Below, piece by piece: positions 38,515 to 52,916 of a stretch of DNA of 64,000 nucleotides. Positions within the stretch are counted from its first letter, which is position 1; the number at the start of each line of letters is the position of its first letter. Location: NCBI RefSeq assembly GCF_006345805.1, contig NC_042999.1, positions 113,274,001 through 113,338,000 of the forward strand, read 5' to 3'. A program made the position numbers and the translations under genes. This stretch comes from Octopus sinensis. Lineage: Eukaryota. The notes under the pieces were generated by a model. That model was not told where the DNA came from. It made no database searches and saw only the letters and a program-made list of their open reading frames with translations.

Positions 38515-38705
38515 CAAGGCGGTGAGCTGACAGAATCATTAGCACTCTGGACGAAATGCTTAGCGATATTTTGCTCGTCGCTACGTTCTCAGTTCAAATT
38601 CTGCCGAGGTCGACTTTACCTTTCATTCTTTTGGGGTCGTTAAATTAAGTACCAGTGAAACACTGGATCGATGTAATTTCAGGCCTTTAATAGAAAGGAT
38701 TAGAT
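38515..38705 (+). mobile_element. SINE family A
   Basis: AAGGCGGTGAGCTGACAGAATCATTAGCAC...AGTTCAAATTCTGCCGAGGTCGACTTTACCTTTCAT...AAGTACCAGTGAAACACTGG. Confidence 0.9.
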
Positions 38706-39899
38706 AATAGCAGTTTCATATTTCGGATGACACACCTTGTAGCAATGAGGTTGTCAGTTTATCTATGATTCCATATTTACACAATCTCTTCAGTTCTCAA
38801 CCCACGGTGATGCTGTTTTCTTTCTATATCTCTTTTTGCTGAAACAGTAATGGATTCTAATTTTCCGACTACACATACTGCAACTGCCTGCTCTTTCTCA
38901 CCACTGGTACTTTTGCGTGGAATATTATATATATTTTGATATGGACTTCTTCATTTTGAGACGCATTACACTATGGAACTTTTTCTTTCCAATATGTTCT
39001 CGCAATAAAGTAACTTGCATCTTTTCGAGCTACTTACGCACAAATTTAGCCCATTGCCACTCTTCTCTTCTGAAGAGGCTCCTATTTTGGGCTGTGAGCA
39101 ATGAGTCTTTTTCTTTTTTCTAGGACACAGCGATAAGGAAAATAAAACATTGTTTGCAACAAAATCGTATTTTTTTATCTGTTCATTTATTATTTACTGA
39201 CCGGAAAGTCATCCGTACTCAGAGATCAACACGCCCATTAATTAATGATGTTATCTACCCACAACAACAACAAAAATCAGTTTATAGAAACGATAATCTA
39301 CAGAGAATAAAATTCTGTCACTATACGTCAGCACAAATGTTTATGAGGGACAAGATAATTGATTCTTCAATGCCTCTTGTTAAGGCAGAGCATTGTCATT
39401 GTTTTGGTTATTTCAAACGCTGTTTTAATATTTTTAACAATTGTTTCCACCTACTTGTGTTGTGCTGCAATCTTGATTAGAATTGCAATTTTATGGCCTT
39501 TATTATAAAGAACCAATTTTTTTTTATTCTTTACAACAAACGGGGAATCCTGTTTTGGTTAATATTAACGAACTTTAGGCGGCTGTTGATATTGTCATAG
39601 CTCTTATTGTTATAATTGTTGCTATTATTATTATCGTTGCTATTGTTGCTATTATTGTTATTGTTCTTATAATTGCAGTGGTTGTTGCTTTAGTTGCATT
39701 ACGGCAAATAGATGCCTCCCAGCTGTATTTGCTATTAAAACATTTTATGACGATGATTATTTTATTCACAACCATCTTCTCTTTTTTTTATCTGTTCCCC
39801 TACCTCTATGTTCTTTCCTTTCTCACCAGTCTCCATGTTTCCTTCTCCATATCTCTTTTTCTCCATCTCTTTCTCTCTCCTTTTCTCACTCTTTTTCCA

Positions 39900-39903
39900 T
39901 TTC

Positions 39904-39997
<94 letters not shown>

Positions 39998-40039
39998 TTT
40001 CTTTCTTTCTTTCTTCCTCCCATCTCTCTGTGTCTCTCC

Positions 40040-40074
<35 letters not shown>

Positions 40075-40075
40075 T
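39900..40075. repeat. (TTTC)n/(CT)n/(CA)n
   Basis: Directly visible. Confidence 0.93.
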
Positions 40076-41109
40076 ATTCTGTTACTGATTATTTTTCTTG
40101 CTACTACATTTGAAATTTTGATATACAATTAAATTGATTTAGAATATTTCAATTTATTAGTTTTTGTCTGTTTTCTTCATATCAAAATTCAAGTCTCCAG
40201 ATTTATCGTTGAAAAGTTCATTAAATTACTGCTGAGCATTGAAGAATTGATATGGATTCAGCGATGCATGACATCATTAACTTCAACAATGTAAACATCT
40301 TTCAATCCATTGACACAGACAGTATCAAAGCGAGATCACTCAGAGAATTGTGCAAGAAAATAATACGAGCAAACTCACCATGTGATCCTGGGTAAAAGAA
40401 GCAGATAGAAAGGATAACTATGTAATCTAACAAAAAAGCTGCTACCTGATCGTTCGACCTATTTGGACTTCGCTCAAATCGCATGTGAGTGTCTTTTTTT
40501 AAAGGAACGGTACTTTAAATAATGTAGTCCAGAATGTCACGGTCGGAACGCATTTGGTTATAGGTTTACTGAATCTAAACCACAATTACGAGAAAAAGGC
40601 TCTTGTGCTAAAATATATTCTAAAGTCTTGATGGAAAGTAATTAATTAATGACAGAAAGGTGACAGCTGTTATTCACTTTCCATCGAGCACTCTTATGAC
40701 GCGGAGGTACTTAGCCGAATAACAAGGAGCGATCGATATATCTTGCTTTTCAGTTACGCAATACTAGTTACTAATTGAGAACTTAACTGTGCATACAGCC
40801 ATAAACTGCATGGAGTGCTATGTGACAAACTGGATTTATAGAATGATGAGATTTATATCTCGTTACTGCGGCTCTAACCTTTTTTTTTGACACGGTACTG
40901 AAACCTTGCGATCTATTTATGAGACTGCAGAGTAGGTTAGATAGATGGTGTGGTGGAATGCCAAGTAGACATGGAGTTTCTTTCTTTCTTCTTTTCTTTC
41001 GCTGGTTTACTAATTGACAATAACGAAATCAAATCTGAATAAAAATAAAAACAAACTTACACTGTCACTGGCAGTATCAGCCGCAGCAGAAAATGAAGAT
41101 GATGCTGAA

Positions 41110-41212
41110 GGAAGAAGAAAAAGAAGAAGAAGAAGAAGAAGAAGAAGAAGAAGAAGAAGAAGAAGAAGAAGAAGAAGAAGAAGAAGAAGAAGAAGAAGAA
41201 GAAGAAGAAGAA
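41110..41212. repeat. (GAA)n
   Basis: Directly visible. Confidence 0.95.
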
Positions 41213-41326
41213 TGCGGGAGTGCTATGATAGTAGTAGGATGTTAAATGGTCAAGTGGCCTGAAAGTGACTTGCTGTGGATGGTAGTAGTGATTACCATTC
41301 ACAAGTCACTTTCAGGGCACTTGACC

Positions 41327-41890
41327 CTGGGTGTTGGAGTGGTAGGGGCAAGTGTGACAGTGTGGGCGAGAGCAGGGGAAATAGCCAGGCTGGGAGGCCA
41401 GGAGGTCACGCATGTTATAGGCTCTTTTGGAGGAGGGAAGGGGTAGGTTAGGGAAGATGTGCGAGGTGGAGGGGTCGGACTGGAGTCGCCGGAAGGCTCG
41501 GAGAATGGTGCGTTGGAGGGGTAGTGTGGAGGGGTGGTAAGTGAGGGGAACGGGAGACGGGTACGGGTGGGGTGGGTACAAGGAGAAAGAGCAGAGGCAC
41601 GGTACACAGATCATGCCCGGTAAGGGCAGTGTGGATAATTGTGAGGGGATATCCACGTAGGATGAAGTGGCAGCCATGAGTTGAGACTGAGTTTCAAAGT
41701 TATAGTCGTAACTGCAGAACCTACGTAGACGGAGAAACTGGCAGTAGGAGATGGAGAAATTGGTGTGGGAGGGTGAGAGGAAGAGAAGTTAAGGTAGGAG
41801 TGTGAGTCAATGTGTTTTTTAGTGGATGGAAGTAGTGAGAGCAGAGTGGTGGATGTTGACAGAAATGTCAAGAAATTCGACGATGGTTCG
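41327..41890 (-). pseudogene. Neptune-type PLE fragment (RT thumb plus Cys linker)
   Basis: DSHSYLNFSSSHP, LTYHPSTLPLQRTILRAFRRLQSDPSTSHIF, and the Cys-rich linker PCSRPHCHTCPY; frameshifted. Confidence 0.82.
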
Positions 41891-41894
41891 AGAT

Positions 41895-41923
41895 AGATAG
41901 ATAGACAGACAGTTAGTCAGAGG

Positions 41924-42018
<95 letters not shown>
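41895..42018. repeat. (GATA)n
   Basis: Directly visible; abuts the PLE fragment. Confidence 0.95.
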
Positions 42019-43149
42019 TGTGAAAGTGAGATAAACATAACGAAAACGCATTCTATTTGTAACCATGGAAAGATTGACAGACACAAATTACTTATTATGC
42101 AGACCAAAAATTTCTATTATGCAATCCATGCAATCAAAAAATCTTCTTCACGCTACTTTAAAACATTTTACGGCGCAATACAGACAGTAACCACTTCTTA
42201 GTAAAAGCACTATCAAAATCTCCAGTTCAGCCACTGACAATTTTGCCCTAAACACGCAAACTCCAACATCTCTTAGCTCAACAAGCACAAGCGTCTAATA
42301 GAGAATGCAATTGTTCGAATTCTAAGCAGGAAATAGTCAAACAAGGACATTGTGTATCAGTGTAGCGCACATATCACTATGGTATCAAACCATTTCGAGC
42401 GAAGATACTTCTCTCAAGATCAGACATTAAACAACCCAGAAACTAACTAGACCCGGCAATTGTTTAGGTTCAAGTGGCATGGCTACTCCGTGAGGAAATG
42501 CGAGTAAAAGGAGAAAAAATTATTTTTAAAATGTTAAGAAATATTTTAAGGGAAAGGGGATACGTTCCTCGTAGAATCTTGGTTATGGTCCTTTAACCTG
42601 TTAAATGAAGAAAATTGTTAATGATGTATTTTACATCTATAAAAAAACAGCAACAGCAGTAGCCGAATGGCAGGAAAGATTAAAATCCATTAAAATGTGT
42701 GTAATCTGATGAAGGATGCGAGTTTCAGTTCAATAACAGAAACTTGTCGGGCTGCATACACCTTGTAAAATTTTCTTATCTCGAGTGTAGAATGACGGTG
42801 AAGCTCTTCAATCTAATAAGAATGCATGTCCTTTCAGCTATAGGGAGCCTGCACTTCTTTTACCCTTTAGCGCATGGCCTAGATCTCTGTACGACGCTTA
42901 TGTGGGGTACTACTGTCTTTCAGGTTCCATATATTGTTTGTTAGATTTGTGTCTTTCTTTTTGCCTACAGGCTTAAAAGAAGACTGATGATTGGTGCATC
43001 TCTTTTTCAAATCCTTTTCGCACAATCCAATATATTTTCCCTTTCGGTTCCCTTATTTGCTGCAAAGGTGATGAGCTCCGCTTCACACACAACTGAGCTG
43101 ACTATGTATGCCTACTGGGAAAGTAACTGGTTTCCTGCTGTTATAGTCT

Positions 43150-43370
43150 GAAGTAGGCATCATGTCTGATTTACCTGAAACGATGTTTCTCATATTAGAG
43201 CCGCAGCTGTAGAAAACTTTCAGAGAACGTCCATTCAAGATTTTTTTATCTATGGTTATTGGGGAAGTGTTAAAGCCGGGGATAATTTCAAGTATATTGA
43301 CTCTCAGGTGGTGTTACTGGAAACTTACTTCCTGAATAGGCACAACCAGACATTGCTTAACTCCTAGTAG
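43150..43370 (-). pseudogene. PLE linker relic (same type as 56240-56420)
   Basis: Minus strand HFPNNHR, then after a frameshift KILNGRSLKVFYSCGSNMRNIVSG, matching the HF...H...I.N..TIK.SYSC..N...II linker pattern. Confidence 0.6.
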
Positions 43371-46300
43371 CAGTGGAAAATAGAAGGAACACCTTTAATT
43401 TTCTAGTAGCGCTATTTTAGCATACCTATACTATTAATACTGTTTTGAATTGAGCTAGAACTTGTTGAACAAAGAAAAATAGCGAGAGAAATTAATTCAA
43501 TTGCTATCAGTATTATTATATGTTCATAAATGTGGACCGACGAAACAAAGTGTGCTATGAAGAAATCATTTAATATGTGAACTGTTTGCGATAGCATTTC
43601 AGTCATTACGAAGTTAGTTCTGAACACCGCCGAAGATGAACATGATTCAAATACATGACTGAGGCAGTGCATCCTTTCTGAAAGGAAACCAAAAAAATCG
43701 AGGGGCGTTACAAGCTCAGTTTATTTAGTGGAATAATATCCATTCAGTGAAGAACATTTCCAAACAAAACAAATGAAAATAGAATAAAATATTATACAAT
43801 GCAACTTAGTTCATAGATGATTATGTATATAATTTTATCCCAGTTCATACCACCTTTGTAATATGCAGGTTTCTTTCCAGAGAGAAATAGGAGTGAAAAT
43901 TAATTTGGAAACTCTAAAACTTAGAAAAGATAGGAGCATGATTTCACTCGGATATCTGACGTTATCTTTTAAATAATGTTCTCTGAGATATCAGTTACCT
44001 AGGATATTTGATATAATCTTCTAGAATAGGCAGTTTGTGTTATCTCTCGTTACGATAATACAGTGTCATCATTGTTTCTGAAACAACGAACAGACCTATT
44101 TGAAAGAAAGAGTTTCTCTTTTTATTACATGTTTGTGCAAATATCCAATGCGTGTGTGTTTCTGCAAGTGTATAAGAATGTGTAACTGTGTGTGAACATA
44201 TGTGTACGAATATAATACTATAAATATGTTATATCACTTCATCCTCTATATCATAACTATAAAACTAAAATGAATATTCATCAACGACTGTAGGAAACAG
44301 AATCAAAAAGTGTTTGTCCTTTTCTCGGTCCCTGCTAATGATTTCTCAAGTAACGAACATATGACATATTTAGAAAAAATTATCGTATAATTATAGAGTG
44401 AATAGATATCTGAACTATTCCAATACAGTTTAGCCAATAACGTCTGATTTCTATATAGGAAAACGTCCAATGTCATTCAATACCATTGCCCTATCAATGT
44501 CTTTCGATTGCTTCTTCAAAAATTTGTTCTGTTAACACTTTGTTGATCTGACGAAGTCATAGTTATTTTAGAGACAACTTAGTTTGACTAGTTTACACAC
44601 CAGTTTGGAGATAAAGATTTATTAAAGTTATAACAAAGTGAAATGCGAAAAATATATCGATAGTTGAGTAAGATTAACTTCAGTTTCCAGGCTTCTAATA
44701 GCTATTCTATATTTCGATCGCTTTCAGATACCTTGTTTGAATATATACAAATGGTACATTCGGCCATTCAGTCATTTTTTTTTTTGCTAATGCTGTTAAT
44801 GTTTCTTAAGAGTATTGAAGCCTTGCTTTCGAAATAATGGACGATTTGCTCACGTAATAACTCATTTAAAAATACTGAATTATAATTAATTCAATAGTAA
44901 ATCTTTTAAGTCCATTAATATTGTGCATTCGTGTCAAAATTCTTGGTACATAACCAACTTACCTTGCTGAGTTTCCTGATTTTTCTCTTGCCAGAATAAT
45001 TCCTTTCTAACAATATATTTGAAGTAAAAGAGTGCTTGGTGTAGATGTCTAGTATCAAAGAATGGAGAGAAAATTGTGATTAGTTTGTTAGCGAGTATTT
45101 TGTTGCCAATAAAGCCATTTAGAATAAATAGGATTGAAGTGAATATAGTCCGAAGCAGACAAGTTTTGCTGCTGTAGTTACTGCTACTGTTTTTGTTGTT
45201 GTTGTCGTCGTCGTCGTTGTTGTTATTGCTGCTGCTGTAGTTACAGCTACCGTTGTTGTTGTTACATTTCATTCTTCTATGGAATACGTCTGCTGTTGTT
45301 TTTTTAAAATTCAGGCGTGAATGCTAACGAATCACTCGTCATTTATATGTCTTTCCCACCACCTAGCCAAAACGACTCCGCCGCAACCAGGCCAACGCAA
45401 AGTTTACCAGTCAAAGCTGTCATAGCACCATTACCAGCCCCGTGCACTATTACTTTCACTAAAACAGCAGACAAACACAAAATCCAAAACGGTTCATTTA
45501 ATAACAACTAACACCACCACAACTGACTGCCATTATTTCCACTACAGCGGTCAAATCCATCACCAGCGAAAGCAGTAACAATAGTAACACCAGAAACATC
45601 AAAAACTATAGTCAGGTAGTTAAATCACTAGGATCATTTACTAGTGCTGCTCGAATAACTGAAATCTTGAGTTGTCGAGAGAAATAATTAAAGAAGGAAA
45701 ATCATTCCTCAAATGTTATTGAAGAGGAGTAAAATTAGTGGTTCCCACTCACGTTATCGATCAACTTAATCGATACACCAGTAACTTAGCATTGCATTGG
45801 CTTTAAGAGTTGGCAGGTTGAAAGGCTGCCTCAAGGGCTGGTAAAAAGGTATCCAAAGCCAATGTGGAAGCAAAAACGTACCTCACGCGCGGCAAACAGG
45901 TTGATTAAATTAATGTTAGATTTTGGTCTTCAATCATTAACCAGGAAGTATTCTGCAACCCCAAATAAAAAATGAGTAGTTTATCCTCATCCCATTACAT
46001 ATGGGCAAACGATGTGCCACTAGGAATAGATATCTGATGATTGTTGGGGGCTGTCCGATGACGAAGATAAGGCAATCTTGACGCTTCACAAGAGGCACTC
46101 AGAAAACTGGTTGGGTATAGGCATGGAACTATTCCTCCAGATGAATCAAGAGAAGCCCGAAGATACTTCTGATCTCATAGAATTGATAAATGACACCAGT
46201 TTGGTAGTGATATAGCGGGCAGAATCCCAAGATATCGTTTCTATAGAGCGAACCAACCATTTAAGGTTTTTTTCTGCGTAGAACAGAGGCTAAATGAAAA

Positions 46301-46804
46301 ATAGGCCCACCACAACCAACGTCACAAAGTGATAAACAAGAACAAAAGCAACAATATGCAACCACAACAACAATAGTAACAATGGTAATTGGAACGATTA
46401 AAATCAGAAACATCAACCACGAAAGCAGAAGCAGTAGTAACAACAGAGGCAGCAGAACAAACAGAAACAGCAACAGAACCACGTGTAAGGACAACTAAAA
46501 CAACAACAGGAACAACATCGTCAATATCAACAACAGAATGCAACCCCCAACACAATACAACAGATTGCTCAGATGTATCCTGTATTGAGTTTAACAAAGA
46601 TGGAAAATTCAGAACTATCAGAGAAAGAAGGCAAAGCAAAGAGAAAAGGGCAAAAAAATCCTTCCTCACAAAGTGGCAGATTTGAAAGGGGGGCGATTTG
46701 AATAGAGTAGAATAACCAGCATCAACTTCTCCACTTCTCCATCACCACCATCATCTCATCACCACAGGCATCAATACTGCAAACATTAAAACAAACGCAA
46801 ATTT

Positions 46805-46932
46805 CTCCTCCTCCTCCTCCTCCTGCTTCTTCTTCTTCTTCTTCTTCTTCTTCTTCTTCTTCTTCTTCTTCTTCTTCTTCTTCTTCTTCTTCTTCTTCTC
46901 TTCTTCTTCTTCTTCTTCTTCTTCTTCTTCTC
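46805..46932. repeat. (CCT)n/(CTT)n
   Basis: Directly visible. Confidence 0.95.
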
Positions 46933-47229
46933 TGCCAAGAATTCACAACGACCTCGAACCCACAAGAATAAACAAGAGAGAGACAGAGACAGGCAGAAAC
47001 AAGGAAAATGCCCCTTATATATCAATATTATGCAAATATTCTTTTTAAAAACTTTTCATTTAATTTTTCCAAAATTTAATTGTTTTCCATACATACAGTT
47101 GAAAAAGTCTCAATGACCGAAACCGATACTGAAATGTTTTTTTATAAAATTATTTTAGCATTTTCTACCTAGACTTTTTCCATATATATATCAACTCGTG
47201 TGTTTCTTTGCGACCTTCTACACGCACAT

Positions 47230-47268
<39 letters not shown>

Positions 47269-47290
47269 CACATATATGTATATATATATA

Positions 47291-47338
<48 letters not shown>

Positions 47339-48283
47339 ATTTCCTTGGTTTTGTGTTTCGTTTCTCATTGTGTTCGACGTTTTCTTGGCGTCCTGTACCC
47401 ATATATGCATGTGTATATACATGTAGAGGTAGGTACGTACATATATGTATGTATATACGCTTATGTTTTATTTATTTATTAATTTATTATATGACAGAAT
47501 GCACGCATCCCTTTCTAAGTAAGATTGTTCTTAATATTAAAAATGATGCGCACTCTTAACCTTTCTCTCCCCTCCCTTTCTCAGCCTTTATTCTTTTGGC
47601 TTTCCTTTTCTTCTACCTTACTGTCTCTCCCTCTCTGTCTTATTCTTCACTCTTTTCTCTACAACCATTCCCGCTTTTTTCTCTCCCTTTCTCTTACTCC
47701 TCCTCTTCCCTCCCGTCGCGGTCACGTGATGAGATGGCTATTTCTGTCTTTCTTCTCCTGGACTCCGTCAAATAGAGACGGTAATCTGTTGCTCTCTGCC
47801 GTCCTCAAACAATAGCGTTCGTAAATTTTTTTTATCTCGTTTGGCTTAACAGCCCTTCTTGTTTGTGTTACTGTTATTCTCTGTCCTGTCTTTTACTGTT
47901 TATATTTTCTACTGTCGTTACTGTCCTGTTTTTGTTACCATATTTACCCCTCCGCAAAAAATCTCAAATTTTATTTAATTTGATTTTCGCGGGAAGGAAA
48001 ATTTCATTGAAGTCATGTATCGCCTTGACCTTCGAAACGTGGAGTAGATGAAATTAAGGCGACTGAAGAAGGGGAATTTTCCTTGTTTTGTATGTCCTGT
48101 ACTCTATTTTTTCGTTGTTTAAAAAAAATGTCCATTTCCTTGGTTTTGTGTTTATGTTTTCGTTTCTCATTGTGTTCGGCGTTTTTTGGTGTCCTGTACC
48201 CATATATGCATGTATATATACATGTAGAGGTAGGTACGTACATATGTATGTATATTGCATATGTTTTTATTATTTATTAATTT

Positions 48284-48336
<53 letters not shown>

Positions 48337-48337
48337 G

Positions 48338-48376
<39 letters not shown>

Positions 48377-49297
48377 ATATACATACATACATATAGATAT
48401 ATATATATTATCCTTAAAAAGGATATTATTGACAGTCACTTTGAAGTTTCGTCAGCTAAGCCGTCGTCCGATACGATGCATTGAAGTTAATTCTTGTTGA
48501 GTTAAAATCTTCCTTGGACATGTGGGTTTCAGTGGAGTGGTAATTAAGTTATAGGGTTGGTTTTGACAGAGAGGTATTTTGGAGAAATGTTTATTGATTA
48601 AATTTGTAAGCAGATGTGTATATTTACGTGTGTTACCTTCAAATCATGGGATTGTTTATTTTAGTGGTTCACCTAAAAGGATGTTGGTAGGCCTATGATG
48701 TGACAGTACTTTTAGTTATTTTGCCTTGAAAATGTAAAAGTCAATGCCTCAATATTTGAAAACTGCGAAATTGGGTGCGTCAACTTTTTGGTAATAGAAA
48801 TTTTTTTTTAGAGTTCGTAAAAGAATGTAAGTAGGTGGTATGTTTTAGCTGGTTAGTTTTTTATTTGTTGGTAGATAGGATATTTTCTGTTTGTATCAGG
48901 AAGCTGAGGGATATTAGTCGGATATACATGGTGTTGCTAGTATAGAAATTTGTTTATCTTGTGCCTTGTTGTTTACAAGAAGATGTGGCCAGGTTTAAAG
49001 GTTGTTGGTCTGTATGTTTATAATAGGATAATAAAGATGTACTCTATAAAAGTATAGAGAAACCCATCAGATTAATATAAAACTGTTTTTACTACAGCTG
49101 AACATAAAGGCAAATGTTAATACACACACATGCATACATACATACATACATGCATACATACATACATACATACATACATACATACATACATACATACATA
49201 CATACATACATACATGCCTGCATGCATACATTCATACATGCTACGTGTATCAGGTTACACACATGTAATCAGAAGTTGAATTTTAGCATTAATGTGT

Positions 49298-49362
<65 letters not shown>

Positions 49363-49959
49363 AAGAATGATTAATTTTATTTTATCAAAAGATGTGAAAT
49401 GCAAAGTTAGCTCGAATAGAATTCAACCCCGTGATGTAAGTATATGAAGGTAAATTGTACATGAAGGTAAGTATTGAGGTTTATAACTCAATGCTTCTCC
49501 CCACATCATTTAAAAGACATGTAACAGGTAACTTAAAAGTTACTATTCTATTTTGATTGTTTTGTCACCTATAACGTTCTGGTTGTTTAGTCCTCGATCA
49601 GTCCTGACAGAGCAGATTTATGATCAAAATGCCTTGTAGCCCTGTCTGACTCATCTTCCTTTTTGCGACATATATCCATCCCGGACTACATTATGTAATA
49701 CATCTGGTATGTTTTTAAGACGATAAAGTATGATTTCAGAAAAATTTCCCAACTATTTCTAATGGGTCGTATAACTATGTAGAGGCTCCTTTGGAGATTT
49801 AGATGATGTCTGGACACTGAGTTTGAATCACACTAAGAGTTTCCTCTTCGCGATCGGCATGATTGGATTTTAATTGTCTTCACATTCGGGGTCATTGGAA
49901 CAATTTTGGGAACTGGTTGAGTACTAAAGGAACCACTGTCCAATTTCTATCATCTGACT

Positions 49960-50267
49960 CAGTGATTCTCAACCGGGGTAATTTTGTGGGGTCCACGCCG
50001 GTAAATGAATTGGAGATGCACGGTAGTACATTGAGGATCTATAAAAAAAATTATTTTAGATGTATTTATTGGAAGAAACAGCTAGGTTTCTTTCTCTAGC
50101 GTTTTACACAGTTCAACCTACACATGTTAATGTTTGAAAAATAAAAGATGGAATTTTGAAAGAAGTACCAATAAAACTAGATTTTACACATGGAGAGGTT
50201 ATGGGGGTCCACCAGAGAAAGATAGGAATCAAAGGGGGGGCCATAGCAAAAATGGTTGAGAAGCACT
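49960..50267. mobile_element. hAT/Charlie-like MITE
   Basis: TIRs CAGTGATTCTCAACC (49960-49974) and GGTTGAGAAGCACTC (50253-50267). The 8-bp flanks ATCTGACT/GTCTAATC differ only by transitions and resemble an NTCTAGAN-type hAT target. Confidence 0.68.
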
Positions 50268-51058
50268 CGTCTAATCAGAAAGTAATAGACATACTAACAA
50301 GGTAACATATTCAATGTCAGTTCTCCCCAAGATTCTTCAGGTTGCACTCTCCGTCCACTTTAATCCTAAGGTAGCAGAAGGATATGGAACAATCCCCAAA
50401 GCTGGAGATGATTCAATTGGATTTCAGATGCAATATACGAAGCAACAAACATATATGACAGTCTTACTGTGTCCTTACATTCTCTTTCACCATTCACTCA
50501 ACATAGGTCGTTTTAGAGTTTTGTTGTATACAAACTAACGTTAGCCAGGTGAAAATATTAAATTATAAATCTGTTTGTAAAAAATAGAAATACTTCAAAT
50601 TCCGTATATGAATTCTATCTGTGTGTATGTGTGTGTATGTATGTATTTCTCTCTATCTGTCAGTTAAATATCTATCTATTAATACGCACACACACACACA
50701 CACACTTAAATATATGATGTTTGCATATTAAATAAAGAATAATCATATAAAACCAAACCCGCAGGACGAACAATGAAATCAAATAGGTAAAAGCTGAAAC
50801 TACGTTTATTTTAGTTCCCAAACATGAAATTTGGTAAAAATAAATTTTCTGTAACTAATTTATCAACAAAAATAGAAAGTGTATATCAATGGAAGCAGAA
50901 ACTATATTTTCAATAGTTATTTGGAGTTAATAGAAACTAGTGGATTCTATAATCTGAGATTCTAAGTGAAAATCCTAGGGGAGTAAGCTTTTATCTTTCA
51001 TGCGTATGTAGAAACTAATAAACAACATTAGTAGTATGAACAGACATAAGTTGGTGGG

Positions 51059-51059
<1 letters not shown>

Positions 51060-51152
<93 letters not shown>

Positions 51153-51155
51153 GAC
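51060..51155. repeat. (GA)n
   Basis: Directly visible. Confidence 0.95.
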
Positions 51156-52916
51156 AGAGTGAATGAGAGAAGAAGGAAGGAGAGAAAAGAGGAGAGAAAC
51201 GATAAAGAGAGAAGAGACAAAGAGGTCTCTTAAAGCACGTGTGAAGCTAATTGACTATTGAGACACTGACTGACCGCGGCACTGCTTGCTCATGATAACC
51301 TAGCTTCCGCAGCACGACGTATTTTATTGATTTCATATACTGAGTCGCTAAGCGACGTAACTCGACACGCCAGCTTATACCGGTAAACACACGTGCGCAC
51401 ATATTTACGATGGGGCTCAGTGCACTTATTCTCAACCAAATATCACACACAATGTAGGGGCCAATTATAAGAAATAATAAACATAAAAGCGGAGATATTG
51501 GATCTTTTTCATTTCCAAGGCCTGTTTTTTCAGATTTTTCCTACTTAACCAAACAATTTGAAACTTCGTATACTGGTAGAATGTGTCAAAAGAAAACATA
51601 ATTGTAAACCAGAATGAAAACGGAATTGTAATTTCAAAGTTTAACGTTGTTTAATAATTAGAATTTTAACCAATGGTATTCGGTCTTTCGGCTTCATATT
51701 ATTTACTCCGTCTCAATAGACGTAAACGGCTATTTTGCTGACGTATTTAACATACGTGAAATGTAAACACCCGGTTACCGTATTCCTTCAGTTTCTATTC
51801 ACATTTTTTAAATATATTATTAACTAACTTATATATTAAACTTACATATTATATAACTAACTTAGTTTTTGTAAATTTTCGTATATTTTTTGTGATTTTT
51901 ATTCCTTACTTTATTCGTGTAACTTTTATTTCTGTAACTTTTTATCTTTGGCAATCTTTCGTATGTGTGTGTATGTATGTATGACCGATTCAGTGTTTAC
52001 ATTATTTCGAGTTAAAACGAAAGATTACCTTTGCTATGTAGAAAATAATGAGGTTGACTCAATGGAATAATGACAGTGATCGAAGATATACACAAAATTT
52101 TTTTTGGTAATCTTTCGTTTTAACTCGAAATAATGTAAACACTGAATCGGCCATACATACCTACACACACACATACATACACACACACACATACATAGAT
52201 ACATACACACACACACATACATGCATACATACATATACACATACACCGAGTAAAAAATTTCAGTTATCTCTCTCTTTCACACATTACTCTCTCTTTCACA
52301 CATTACTCTCTCTGTCTCTTCACACACACTAACAGAAGTACTTCACTTACACAACATACTTTCTGTCTCCCACACCCCATCAAACACACACACACGCACA
52401 CAAAACACAGACCTACGCACAGCTGTCTACGTCACAAAAAAGCTTTCTACGTCACACTAAGATAATGCAGTTAATTATTTCAAATGAAAACAAACAATAC
52501 GATTGGTTAAAATTCGCAGATTAAATCTACCCTTAAAGTTATAAAATACATTTTTCTCAAATAAACAAGTTGAAACTAGTGTTTTCTTTTGAGACACTCT
52601 ACCAGTATACGAAGTTTCAAATTATTTAGTTAACTAGAAAAATCTGACAAAACAGGCCTTGGAAATGAAAATATCCGAGATATTAATCCGAAGCGCTGCA
52701 CTACTTGGTTGCAAAGTAAACTTTTTAACTATAAGGCTATGCCTCGTGTTCATATACATGTGTGTGTGTGCGTGTTTGTGCGTCTGTGTGTATTTACATA
52801 TGACAAGGTCCGGTGCCATAGTAGAAGACATACACCCAAGTTGCCAGCAATAGGACTGACCTCGAAATCACATTTATGTCTAGTACATATATAATATATA
52901 TATATATATATAATCA

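Noticed and set aside
46040-46330. Possible CR1-like LINE C-terminal relic
   Set aside because: Similarity was too weak to support by eye.
46389-46685. Thr/Glu-rich 98-aa ORF resembling a mucin-like exon
   Set aside because: It derives from a degenerate (ACA/GCA)n tract; no convincing splice sites or domain.
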